Of a stretch of 64,000 nucleotides of DNA, positions 33,681-42,216 are shown piece by piece (within the stretch, counting starts at the first letter, position 1; the number at the start of each line of letters is the position of its first letter). The position numbers were made by a program, and so were the translations under genes. Below the pieces are notes generated by a model. It was not told the DNA's origin. It saw only the letters and a program-made list of their open reading frames with translations, and ran no database searches. The stretch is from positions 1,095 to 65,094 of the forward strand of contig DASXGC010000073.1 of the NCBI GenBank assembly GCA_036489235.1. Reading direction: 5' to 3'. This stretch comes from Vicinamibacterales bacterium (GTDB lineage: Bacteria; Acidobacteriota; Vicinamibacteria; Vicinamibacterales; CAVVIG01).

Positions 33681-35072
33681 CTACCTTGCTTCTTTGAGCT
33701 TCCGATCCACCCGGTCCGTCATCCAGTGCGGATCCCACCACTCGACCGGATTGACCATCCGCCCCCCGACCAGCATCGTGAAGTGGACGTGATCGCCACC
33801 GGCCAGGCCGGTCGAGTCGCTGCGGCCAAGCAGCTGCCCGCGGGTGACCTTGTCCCCGACCTTCACGTCGAACGACATCATGTGGCCGTACAGCGACTGC
33901 ACGCCGAGGCCGTGATCGATGATCACGCAGTTGCCGTAGATACCGAGCCAGCTGGCGTTGACGATGATGCCGCTGTTGGCGGCGAGCACCGGCACGTGCT
34001 CGGTGACCGCGAGATCGAAGCCAAGGTGGGTCTGCTGATCCACCTCTTTGCCTTTGTAGATGTAGGTGCGGCGGTCGGCGAAGCTCGCTTCGACCTTTGA
34101 ATTACCCATCTGCGTGAACGGTCCTTCCCACAGGCGGGAGGGCGAGGTTTTTGCCGCCAGCGCCGCGATCTCGTCGGCGTTGATCTTGCGCAGCTCGCCG
34201 TTGATCCGGAGAAACGCCGCAAGCATCTCCGGACTGTCCTGCGGCGGCGCGGTCATCTTCAACTCTGGTGAATGCTCGATGATGTCAGGCACCACGCGAT
34301 TGATGAACTTGTCGTCTATCTCGATCCGGCTTTTCTTGAACGGCTTCTCGAAGACGTTGTCGACGAACGTGGCCTTGGCCTGATTGCCGGCCTCGTCGCG
34401 CGCGAATGCGACGATCGGCGTGTTCAGCGGCTGATCGTAGAGCAGCGCGAAGAACGCGACCTTCAGTGCGGGATCGGCGCCTTCGACACCGGCGCCGGTC
34501 GCCGGAAAACCCGGGTATTCGATGTCGCCGACGCGCACGCCGGACATGACGTCAGCCGGCGTCGCCTTGTAGACGACCATTTCAGAGCCGCCGTGGTTCA
34601 CGTAGTGATGAGTGGAGAGGACGGCGATGCGCGGCGGATCGAGCCGCACCTGAAATTCCTTCGATGCGGTGCTGGTCAGCTTCGTCAGGTTGAGAAACGA
34701 AGGCCGCGTCGCCGATACCACGATCTTCGCCGGCCCCGACTGCAGTTCCGGCAGGTTCATCTTGCCGATGGCGCGCGCGATGCGAATCTGATTGCGGCTG
34801 ACCGGCGTCACGGTGGCCGTGTCCGGCTTGTCGAGCGTGAACAGGGCAACGGTTTTACCGTTCTGCTCGAGCGAAACCGTGAGCGCCGTGAAGTGGGCGT
34901 TGGGCGCTTCCGCCGTCAGTTCGACCGCGCCGGTCTGACCGACGACTTTTTCGGGCTTGACGATCACGATCACGGGCGGCGTGCCGCGTGCCGCGACGGC
35001 ATAGGCGCCGCCCAAACCGAGGGCCGCGAGGACGATGAGCAGGAGGAGCCACCGGAACATGGACTCCATCAT
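33681..35072 (-). CDS. M23 family metallopeptidase (LytM-type), membrane anchored
   Basis: 463 aa with an N-terminal TM helix. The C-terminal M23 signature is HLGFDLAV...GNCVIIDHGLGVQSLYGHM...GRSDSTGLAGGDHVHF. Confidence 0.85.
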   Translation of the reverse strand: MMESMFRWLLLLIVLAALGLGGAYAVAARGTPPVIVIVKPEKVVGQTGAVELTAEAPNAHFTALTVSLEQNGKTVALFTLDKPDTATVTPVSRNQIRIARAIGKMNLPELQSGPAKIVVSATRPSFLNLTKLTSTASKEFQVRLDPPRIAVLSTHHYVNHGGSEMVVYKATPADVMSGVRVGDIEYPGFPATGAGVEGADPALKVAFFALLYDQPLNTPIVAFARDEAGNQAKATFVDNVFEKPFKKSRIEIDDKFINRVVPDIIEHSPELKMTAPPQDSPEMLAAFLRINGELRKINADEIAALAAKTSPSRLWEGPFTQMGNSKVEASFADRRTYIYKGKEVDQQTHLGFDLAVTEHVPVLAANSGIIVNASWLGIYGNCVIIDHGLGVQSLYGHMMSFDVKVGDKVTRGQLLGRSDSTGLAGGDHVHFTMLVGGRMVNPVEWWDPHWMTDRVDRKLKEAR

Positions 35073-35109
35073 ACAAGTTTGGTAAAATACGAGGTTCGGG
35101 ACGGCGAGT

Positions 35110-35184
35110 GGCGGTATCGTCTAGGGGTCAGGACACGTGGTTCTCAGCCACGGGACCGGGGTTCGATTCCCCGTACCGCTACCA
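35110..35184 (+). tRNA. tRNA-Glu (anticodon CUC), CCA encoded
   Basis: Cloverleaf by hand. Acceptor stem GGCGGTA/TACCGCT (G1-U72 wobble). D arm GTC-TAGGGGTCAG-GAC. Anticodon stem CGTGG/CCACG with loop TTCTCAG. T arm CGGGG-TTCGATT-CCCCG. Discriminator A followed by CCA. Confidence 0.9.
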
Positions 35185-35234
35185 TCATTCATAGATCGTT
35201 CGATCGGCTCGACAGCAGTTTTTCCCTTCATTCC

Positions 35235-35265
35235 AGCCCCGGCCGTTGGCCGGGGCTTTTTATTT
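35235..35265 (+). terminator. Rho-independent terminator after tRNA-Glu
   Basis: 10-bp stem AGCCCCGGCC / GGCCGGGGCT with loop GTT, followed by TTTTTATTT. Confidence 0.8.
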
Positions 35266-35288
35266 GAGCCGGTCAAATCGGCAGCGAC

Positions 35289-35810
35289 CTACTCCGCCCA
35301 AATCAGCACTTGAGAGTTGCGGCGATCGGCATGGTCGAGGATGAGCCCGGGCCCCCGGCGCTCGAGATCGTCGACCGAGAGGTGCAGGCGATCGGAATCG
35401 AAATCGACTCCGTTGTTCATGAGGGACAGGTTCTTCGACGGCGCGAGCCGCACCAGCCAGAACGGGATCGCGACGTGGACCAGCTTGCCGGCGTTCGAAT
35501 CGTAGACCAGCACGCGAAGCGTTTCGAGCTTGGTCGCGGGCATCGACGCCGGGATCCTCTCGCGGTGGACGATGGCATCGTCGCGACCGCGAATCTCGAT
35601 CAGCGGCTGCTGCCCCGCGAAACGCTGCCGCGCGGCGTCGAATTCCCTGGCCGCGGCGTCCGATTCGGCAGCCTCGGTCCTGATGTGTCGCGAGAAGAAA
35701 TACGCGGTGCCTCCGACCACGGCCACCGCCAGGATGCCGATCAGGATGATCGAGGCGACGACGATGGAGATCCACGTTTTCCGGTTCGTGCCGCTCATGG
35801 CCTTATCCAT
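35289..35810 (-). CDS. Hypothetical membrane-anchored protein
   Basis: 173 aa with one N-terminal TM helix (WISIVVASIILIGILAVAVVGG). No family recognised. Coding is supported by codon bias and by spacing to the upstream gene. Confidence 0.55.
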   Translation of the reverse strand: MDKAMSGTNRKTWISIVVASIILIGILAVAVVGGTAYFFSRHIRTEAAESDAAAREFDAARQRFAGQQPLIEIRGRDDAIVHRERIPASMPATKLETLRVLVYDSNAGKLVHVAIPFWLVRLAPSKNLSLMNNGVDFDSDRLHLSVDDLERRGPGLILDHADRRNSQVLIWAE

Positions 35811-35842
35811 CTAGACGAAGGGATCGCGAGCCGGGTTCGCAC

Positions 35843-37039
35843 TTACTTCAGGAGCCGCCGCGCCTCGTCGGCGGTGTTCGGATCGTTGTCCTCGTCGCAG
35901 AGAGCGATGGCGTCCTTGAATTCGCTGGCCGCTGCGGGTTTGTTACCCTTCTTCAGGGCGAGCTTGCCCAGCTCGAAATGGCTGCGGCCGTGGACCCACT
36001 TGCGGCCCTCCAGTCGAATCGACTGCTGCAGCTCGGTGGTCGCCTCGGCGGCCTTGCCGAGCGCCGCCCGTGCAGCACCCAGCTTGTAGGACCACAGCGC
36101 GTCCTCGCCGTACATTCGCGGGCGGTGGTCGTCCGCGAATCGCGCCATTCCCTCGCTGAGAAACCGTTCCGCCTCCGCCGCCTTGCCGGCGCGAAGGCTG
36201 GTCGAACCGGTCTCCAGCCAGACCAGCCGGTTGCGTGGAAATTTCTCCCGCAGAAGCCGCAGCTGCGTCAGCGCATCGTCGTATCGGTGTTCGCGGTTGT
36301 ACATCAGGATCAGCGCGAACCGCGCGTCCGACTGATTGTCGCCGCCATACGCAGCCGCGCCCTCGATGAGCGCCATGCCCTTTTCCTTGCCGCCGCCGAA
36401 GCCCGCCATGTACGCCATCATGCGAAGCGGCATCGACAACGCGGCCACGATGTAGCGGTAGGTGCCGACGATGAGGCCGGCGTCCTTCCGCTCGGGTGCC
36501 AGCGACAGCACCTGTTCGTGCTCGTCGTACGCCTCGTGCGCCGCGCGGAACGCCCCCATCACGCTGCCTTCGACCGTCGCCGTGTAGGAGGCCTTCAGGC
36601 CGACGGCCGCGCCGAGCTGGAAGTGCGCGTCGGCATTGCGTGGATCGGCCGCAATCTGGGCCCGGGCGATGGCGGTGGCGCGGTCGAGCGCCTCATGAAA
36701 GCCGGTGATCGTTTCCTGGGGGGGAGGCGGCAGTTGTGCGGTGCTCGGCTTGTTCGGACGTCCCAGGTAGTCGTCCACCGTCATGTTGCCGCGCCGGAAG
36801 GTGATGCTGAGCCACAGTGAGGTCGCGAGTCCACGGTAGGCCGCTGCATCCTGGGGGTCGGCGGCAACGGCCTGGCGGAACATGGCGAGCGCGACGTCGT
36901 GATCGAGGTTGAGCATCGCGAAGGCGGCTTTGGCCCGCAGCGCGCTCGATTCCGGGTTGGCCACGGCCGGCGATGGCCATCCGAGCGCTGCAATCATGAC
37001 CAGAGCGCACGCGGCGTTCGCCCAGCGGCCGGAAACCAT
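35843..37039 (-). CDS. Secreted TPR-like helical repeat protein
   Basis: ATG 37039 (MVSGRWANAACALVMIAALGWPSPAVA) is preferred to start 37129. The Ala-rich helical repeats have TPR-like segments (DAAAYRGLATSLW..., NADAHFQLGAAVG..., HGRSHFELGKLALKKGNKPAAASEFKDAIAL). Confidence 0.6.
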   Translation of the reverse strand: MVSGRWANAACALVMIAALGWPSPAVANPESSALRAKAAFAMLNLDHDVALAMFRQAVAADPQDAAAYRGLATSLWLSITFRRGNMTVDDYLGRPNKPSTAQLPPPPQETITGFHEALDRATAIARAQIAADPRNADAHFQLGAAVGLKASYTATVEGSVMGAFRAAHEAYDEHEQVLSLAPERKDAGLIVGTYRYIVAALSMPLRMMAYMAGFGGGKEKGMALIEGAAAYGGDNQSDARFALILMYNREHRYDDALTQLRLLREKFPRNRLVWLETGSTSLRAGKAAEAERFLSEGMARFADDHRPRMYGEDALWSYKLGAARAALGKAAEATTELQQSIRLEGRKWVHGRSHFELGKLALKKGNKPAAASEFKDAIALCDEDNDPNTADEARRLLK

Positions 37040-37094
37040 TGCGATCGATCTTAGTCCGCCGGACTGAAACCGTAAACGGGCCTCCGGGCAGTAC

Positions 37095-37123
37095 TTGCGC
37101 CGCTTGTGCCTTCTGCATACAAT
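37095..37123 (+). promoter_or_regulatory. Candidate sigma70-type promoter for the cox operon
   Basis: TTGCGC (37095-37100), a 17-nt spacer, then TACAAT (37118-37123), about 43 nt upstream of the ctaD start. Confidence 0.3.
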
Positions 37124-37165
37124 CGCCATTCCTATCGATCAGTCTTCCTGATAAGGAGTCCGGCG

Positions 37166-38941
37166 TTGGACAACGCGATCAGCCACGGGAGCGCCGCGCA
37201 TGCTCATGAACATGCGCACGCTGAACACGAGGAACTCGGATTCTGGCGAAAGTACGTCTTTTCGCAGGATCACAAGGTCATCGGCATCCAATACACGATC
37301 ACCTCGCTGCTGTTTCTCCTGTTCGGTTTCACCCTGATGATGATCATGCGGTGGCAGCTGGCCTATCCAGGGAGGCCGATTCCGCTGATTGGCCTCTGGC
37401 TGGGGCAGGACCGCGCGCCGATGGGCATCATGCTGCCCGAGTTCTACAACCAGCTGGGCGCGATGCACGGCACCATCATGGTGTTCCTCGGCGTGGTGCC
37501 ACTGGCGGTCGGCGGCTTTGGCAATTTCGTGATGCCACTGCAGATCGGCGCGCCCGACATGGCGTTCCCCAAGCTCAACATGATGAGCTACTGGGTGTAT
37601 TTCTGTGGCGGCGTCACGATGCTGGCGAGTTTCTTCCAGCACGGCGGCGCGGCGCAGTCCGGTTGGACCTCCTACGCACCGCTCTCCGTCATCTCGCCCG
37701 GACAGACGATGTGGCTGATCGGCATGATCTTCCTGATCACGTCGTCTCTACTCGGGTCGGTGAACTTCATCGTCACCATCGTGCAGCTGCGGGCCAAGGG
37801 CCTCAGCTGGATGCGGCTGCCGTTTTTCGTGTGGGCGCAGTTCGTGACGTCGTTCCTGCTGCTGCTCGCGTTCCCGCCGCTCGAAGCCGCCGGCGTACTG
37901 CAGCTGATGGATCGTCTTGCCGGCACCAGCTTCTTCATGCCGAGCGGCCTGGTAGTCTCGGGCAAGCCGCTTGTGCTTTCCGGCGGCGGCAATCCGCTGC
38001 TGTGGCAGCACCTGTTCTGGTTTCTCGCGCACCCCGAGGTCTACGTCCTGATCCTCCCGGCGATGGGCATCGTCGCCGAGATCATCGCCAACAACACGCG
38101 CAAGCCGCTGTGGGGTTACAAGGCGCTGGTGTACTCGGTGACGTTCCTCGGTTTCATGTCGTTCATCGTGTGGGCGCACCACATGTTCATGACCGGCATG
38201 GGCACGACGATGAGCGCGTTCTTCCAGACCACGACGATGATCATCTCGATTCCGTCGGTGGTAATTCTGACGGCGCTGCTGCTGTCGCTGTGGGGAGCGT
38301 CGATCCGCTTCACCACGCCGATGCTGTTCGCGCTGGCGTTCCTGCCGATGTTCGGTATCGGCGGTCTCACCGGCCTGCCGCTCGGCCTGGCGCCTTCCGA
38401 CATCCACCTGCACGACACTTACTACGTCATCGGGCACTTCCACTACGTGGTGGCGCCCGGGACGATCTTCGCGCTGTTTGCGGGCATCTACTACTGGTTC
38501 CCGAAGGCAACCGGCAAGAAGATGAACGAACTGCTCGGGCGCATCCATTTCTTCGGCTCGTTCATCTGCATCAACATCGTGTTCATGCCGATGTTCATTC
38601 AGGGCCTGTCCGGCATGAATCGCCGCATGTATGACGGCGGCGCACTGTACACGCGCAACGCCGGTCTACCGCTGAAACTGAACATCGTGATCGGTATGGC
38701 GGCGTGGACGCTGGGCCTCTGCCAGCTGCCGTTCATCGTCAATTTCTTCGCCAGCATGAAGTGGGGCAAGCCGGTCGATCGCAACCCATGGGAAGCGACA
38801 ACACTCGAGTGGGCGGCGCCGTCGCCGCCGGGACATGGCAACTTCCTGACTGAGCCGATCGTCTACCGCGGGCCCTACGAATACAGCGTGCCGGGCGCCG
38901 CGAAAGACTTCACTCCCCAGTTCGAGCCGGAGAAGGCGTAG
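37166..38941 (+). CDS. ctaD: Cytochrome c oxidase subunit I (heme-copper oxidase)
   Basis: Motifs DHKVIGIQY, WAHHMF and GHFHYVV, with about 12 TM helices. TTG 37166 lies 7 nt after AAGGAG (37153-37158) and is preferred to ORF-track GTG 37106. Confidence 0.93.
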   Translation: MDNAISHGSAAHAHEHAHAEHEELGFWRKYVFSQDHKVIGIQYTITSLLFLLFGFTLMMIMRWQLAYPGRPIPLIGLWLGQDRAPMGIMLPEFYNQLGAMHGTIMVFLGVVPLAVGGFGNFVMPLQIGAPDMAFPKLNMMSYWVYFCGGVTMLASFFQHGGAAQSGWTSYAPLSVISPGQTMWLIGMIFLITSSLLGSVNFIVTIVQLRAKGLSWMRLPFFVWAQFVTSFLLLLAFPPLEAAGVLQLMDRLAGTSFFMPSGLVVSGKPLVLSGGGNPLLWQHLFWFLAHPEVYVLILPAMGIVAEIIANNTRKPLWGYKALVYSVTFLGFMSFIVWAHHMFMTGMGTTMSAFFQTTTMIISIPSVVILTALLLSLWGASIRFTTPMLFALAFLPMFGIGGLTGLPLGLAPSDIHLHDTYYVIGHFHYVVAPGTIFALFAGIYYWFPKATGKKMNELLGRIHFFGSFICINIVFMPMFIQGLSGMNRRMYDGGALYTRNAGLPLKLNIVIGMAAWTLGLCQLPFIVNFFASMKWGKPVDRNPWEATTLEWAAPSPPGHGNFLTEPIVYRGPYEYSVPGAAKDFTPQFEPEKA

Positions 38942-38944
38942 TCC

Positions 38945-39529
38945 ATGAATATTCCGTTTACCGTCGAAGAGCGTCCGGACACCGGGCTTACCAACGGCAA
39001 GCTCGGCGTCTGGTTGTTCCTGGCGTCTGAAGTCATGCTGTTCGGCGCCCTGTTCTCGACCTACATCATCCTGCGCATGGGCGCCGTCGAATGGCCGCAC
39101 GGCGAGCTGAACGTCAAGCTCGGTGCGATCAACACCGTGATCCTGATCAGCTCGTCAGTGACCATGGTGATGGCATGGGCGTCGCTGAAGTTGAACGACT
39201 TCGCCAAGCACAAGCTCTACCTGATTGCGACGTTCGTTTTGTCAGGCATCTTCCTCGTCAATAAGTATTTCGAGTACGCGGATCACTTCGCCCGTGGCGA
39301 AGGGCCGTGGCACAGCACGTTTTTGGCGATTTACTTCACACTGACCGGGCTGCATGGGATCCACATCCTCGGCGGCATGGTGGTGATGCTGTATTTCATC
39401 GGCCCCGGCGCTCGTATGTGGAAGAAGAACCCGGAGCAGTTCACGAACCGGATCGAAATCACTGGGCTGTACTGGCACTTCGTGGACCTGGTCTGGATCT
39501 TTCTGTTCCCGATTTTGTACTTGCTGTAG
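38945..39529 (+). CDS. ctaE: Cytochrome c oxidase subunit III
   Basis: 194 aa, 5 TM helices, with the family pattern LGVWLFLASEVMLFGALF...YWHFVDLVWIFLF. Confidence 0.9.
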   Translation: MNIPFTVEERPDTGLTNGKLGVWLFLASEVMLFGALFSTYIILRMGAVEWPHGELNVKLGAINTVILISSSVTMVMAWASLKLNDFAKHKLYLIATFVLSGIFLVNKYFEYADHFARGEGPWHSTFLAIYFTLTGLHGIHILGGMVVMLYFIGPGARMWKKNPEQFTNRIEITGLYWHFVDLVWIFLFPILYLL

Positions 39530-39533
39530 CAGG

Positions 39534-39577
39534 TAGTGTCCGCCTTCAGGCGGACCTGGCGTCCGCGTGACGCGGAC
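39534..39577. repeat. Pair of adjacent GC-rich hairpins (TAGTGTCCG-type repeat, locus 1)
   Basis: TAGTGTCCGCC-TTCA-GGCGGAC (39534-39555) is followed by CTGGCGTCCGCG-TGA-CGCGGAC (39556-39577), in the ctaE/subunit IV gap. Confidence 0.75.
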
Positions 39578-39589
39578 CGTGGAGAACGC

Positions 39590-39934
39590 ATGCATTCGGA
39601 TCCTGAAGCCGTCAAGAAATCGATTCGCACCTACATGATGGTGGGTGCGTCGTTGCTCGTCTTTACCGGCATTACGGTCGCAGCCAATGCGCTGCACCTG
39701 GCGGTGCCGGCGGCGGTAGCGGTGGCGCTGATTATCGCGACGACGAAGGGATCGATGGTCGCGTCGATCTTCATGCACCTGAGTCACGAGAAGAAGTGGA
39801 TCTATGGCGCGCTCCTGTTGACGGTGGTCGGATTCATCATCCTGATGACCGTTCCGATCTTCACGATCATGGACCACATCGGGACGCCTGGCCAGGCGGT
39901 GGGTGTCGCCGCGGCGCCCCACCCGGAGCACTGA
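39590..39934 (+). CDS. Cytochrome c oxidase subunit IV (prokaryotic COX4_pro type)
   Basis: 114 aa from ATG 39590 (GGAGA RBS), 3 TM helices. Typical pattern YMMVGASLLVFTGITV...ATTKGSMVASIFMHL. Confidence 0.75.
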   Translation: MHSDPEAVKKSIRTYMMVGASLLVFTGITVAANALHLAVPAAVAVALIIATTKGSMVASIFMHLSHEKKWIYGALLLTVVGFIILMTVPIFTIMDHIGTPGQAVGVAAAPHPEH

Positions 39935-39935
39935 G

Positions 39936-40133
39936 ATGTCGCTGCGGGCCTTTCACCTGTTGTTTATCGCGCTGTCGGTTGTCCTCGCGGCGTTCTGCGC
40001 TGCCTGGTCGGTCGGGATGTATCGCGCCGCACACCAGGTGATCTACGTGTTGTCTACGGCGGGTTCGCTCGCCGGTGTGGTGGGCCTGAGCGTGTATGGT
40101 GCGGCGTTTCAGCGCAAAACGAGGCAGCTGTAG
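39936..40133 (+). CDS. Small two-TM membrane protein in the cox operon (hypothetical)
   Basis: 65 aa from ATG 39936, starting 1 nt after the subunit IV stop. Two hydrophobic helices (FHLLFIALSVVLAAFCAAW, VLSTAGSLAGVVGLSVYGAAF). No family recognised. Confidence 0.5.
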   Translation: MSLRAFHLLFIALSVVLAAFCAAWSVGMYRAAHQVIYVLSTAGSLAGVVGLSVYGAAFQRKTRQL

Positions 40134-40134
40134 T

Positions 40135-40368
40135 ATGCGAAAAATCTTCGTTATCCTGGTGCTGCTGCTCGCCGTGCCACGGGCCGCGCTGGCCTGCCCG
40201 GTCTGCTTCGGCGACAGTAACTCGCCGCTGGCCATCGCGACCAACATGGGCATCATCGCCATGCTGGTGGTCGTCGCCGGCGTGCTCGGCGGGTTCGCGT
40301 CGTTCTTCATCTACCTGATGCGGCGCGCCAAACGCGTCGCAGCGCAGGAGGGAATCGCTCAATGCTGA
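40135..40368 (+). CDS. Small secreted/anchored CxxC protein in the cox operon (hypothetical)
   Basis: 77 aa from ATG 40135, starting 1 nt after the previous stop. A signal-like N-terminus ends ...RAALACPVCFGDS, followed by a C-terminal TM helix (GIIAMLVVVAGVLGGFASFFIYL). Its 3' end overlaps the ctaC start by 7 nt. Confidence 0.55.
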   Translation: MRKIFVILVLLLAVPRAALACPVCFGDSNSPLAIATNMGIIAMLVVVAGVLGGFASFFIYLMRRAKRVAAQEGIAQC

Positions 40369-41141
40369 ACTACCTGGGGCTGCCGGTTGAGGCGTCGACC
40401 CACGCCGGCGAAATCGATCAGATGATCTCGCTGGTGCACTGGCTGATGCTGGTGCTGTTCGTCGGCTGGGGCTTGTATTTCATCTTCGTGCTGTTTCGCT
40501 TCCGTAAGAGCGCCAACCCGAAGGCCAGCTACAGCGGCGCCAAGGGGAAAATCTCGAAGGGCACCGAGGTCGCGGTTGCGCTGATCGAAGTGCTGTTGCT
40601 CGTGTTCTACGCGATTCCGGCGTGGGCCAAGCGGGTCAAGGCATTTCCCGCCGAGAACGAGGCGGTGGTGGTGCGCGTGGTCGGTGAACAGTTCGCGTGG
40701 AACGTGCACTATCCGGGGCCGGACGGGAAGTTCGGACGTACCGACATCAAACTGGTGAGCGCCGACAACCCGCTCGGGCTCGATCGCAAGGATCCGAACG
40801 CCAAGGACGACATCACCACCGTCAATCAGCTCAACCTGCCGGTCGACCGTCCGGTGCTCGTCCATCTCTCGACCAAGGACGTGATCCACAGCTTCGGTCT
40901 GTTCGAGATGCGGGTCAAGCAGGACGCGATCCCTGGGATGCAGATTCCGGTGTGGTTCATCCCGAACCGCGTCGGCGATTACGAAATCGCCTGCTCGCAG
41001 CTGTGCGGCCTGGGCCATTACCGAATGCGCGGCTTCCTCACGATTCAGACTGCTGCGGACTACCAGAAATGGTTCGACGCGCAGGAAAAGGAACTGCAGC
41101 CGCCAGTCGCTGCGGTGGCCACAGCGACGCCTACGCCGTAG
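40362..41141 (+). CDS. ctaC: Cytochrome c oxidase subunit II (CuA domain, no fused cytochrome c)
   Basis: 259 aa with a CAGGAGGG RBS and two N-terminal TM helices. The full CuA ligand set is present (H in DVIHSF; CSQLCGLGHYRM). Confidence 0.9.
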   Translation: MLNYLGLPVEASTHAGEIDQMISLVHWLMLVLFVGWGLYFIFVLFRFRKSANPKASYSGAKGKISKGTEVAVALIEVLLLVFYAIPAWAKRVKAFPAENEAVVVRVVGEQFAWNVHYPGPDGKFGRTDIKLVSADNPLGLDRKDPNAKDDITTVNQLNLPVDRPVLVHLSTKDVIHSFGLFEMRVKQDAIPGMQIPVWFIPNRVGDYEIACSQLCGLGHYRMRGFLTIQTAADYQKWFDAQEKELQPPVAAVATATPTP

Positions 41142-41149
41142 GACGTTCT

Positions 41150-42160
41150 CTACAGCGTAAGTTCCTGACCGATTCCTCGTTCGACGGCGCGCCGATACGC
41201 CCGGTCGGCCGCCGTCACATCCTCGACCGCCAGCCCAAGACTCTTGAAGATCGTGACGTCGGAATCGGTCTGACGGCCGTTCGCCTTCCCGGCGATCAGC
41301 TCGCCGAGTTCGCTGATGACGTGTTCCGGTCCGAATCGCCCTTCCTGAATCCCAAGGACGACATCGCCGGATTCGACCAGCGCGGCGACACGCGAATCGA
41401 CGAACACGCGGGCTCGCGCGACCAGCGCCGGATCCATCTCGCGCTGGTTCGGCCGGGTGGCTCCCACCGAGATGACGTGCGCGCCCGGTTTCACCCACCC
41501 GTTCTCGAGGACTGGCGTCGGCGACGCGGTCACCAGGACAACGATGTCGGCGCCCACGACCGCCTCACCGGCATGCTCCACCGCTGCTACCTTGTAGCTC
41601 GAACCCGGGACCTGTACCGATTCGACGAATTGTTCTCTTCGCTCTTTGTTGGGGCTCCAGACGGTCACCTGTCGCAACGTGTGAACGCGGGCCAGTGCCT
41701 CGAGGTGGCTGCGTGCCTGGACGCCGGATCCGATGATCGCCACCGATGCCGACGTCTTGCGCGCGAGCAGGCGGGAAGAGACCGCTGACACTGCGGCCGT
41801 GCGCGCTTCGGTGATGTAGCGTCCATCGAGCAGCGCCAGCAGGGCCCCGGTGTCAGGATCGAGCAGGACGATGGTGGCGAGGTGCGAGGGCAGGCCGCGC
41901 GAGGCGTTGGCGCCGAACACGGTGACGAGCTTGGCGCCCAGTGCGGCTTCTCCCGCGCCGGCGTCCGCCGCTCGAACCAGCGCCGGCATGGTCGCAAAGA
42001 ATGCGTGATCGCCGCCGACTGAAATCACCGAACGCACAGGCTGGGTCACGCGCCCGGTCGAGAAACGTTCGAGCGCCGACGTCATGGTGTCGATGAGATC
42101 GTCCATGGTCAGCACGGCTCTCACGTCGGCTTCAGTCATCAATCGAAATCGGACGGACAA
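41150..42160 (-). CDS. Ornithine cyclodeaminase / mu-crystallin family NAD(P)-dependent enzyme
   Basis: 336 aa with an AGGAGAACC RBS. The N-terminus is family-typical (EADVRAVLTMDDLIDTMTSALERFSTG) and the Rossmann motif VAIIGSGVQARSH is present. Confidence 0.8.
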   Translation of the reverse strand: MSVRFRLMTEADVRAVLTMDDLIDTMTSALERFSTGRVTQPVRSVISVGGDHAFFATMPALVRAADAGAGEAALGAKLVTVFGANASRGLPSHLATIVLLDPDTGALLALLDGRYITEARTAAVSAVSSRLLARKTSASVAIIGSGVQARSHLEALARVHTLRQVTVWSPNKERREQFVESVQVPGSSYKVAAVEHAGEAVVGADIVVLVTASPTPVLENGWVKPGAHVISVGATRPNQREMDPALVARARVFVDSRVAALVESGDVVLGIQEGRFGPEHVISELGELIAGKANGRQTDSDVTIFKSLGLAVEDVTAADRAYRRAVERGIGQELTL

Positions 42161-42216
42161 TTGGTTCTCCTATAAAGTGCGTGGTGCGAGGTGCGTCGTG
42201 CAGGCGCATTCGCCAG

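Noticed and set aside
37106-37165. GTG 37106 as the ctaD start (ORF-track coordinate)
   Set aside because: The extra 20 residues are not hydrophobic or conserved-looking and overlap the putative promoter. TTG 37166 has a canonical AAGGAG at ideal spacing.
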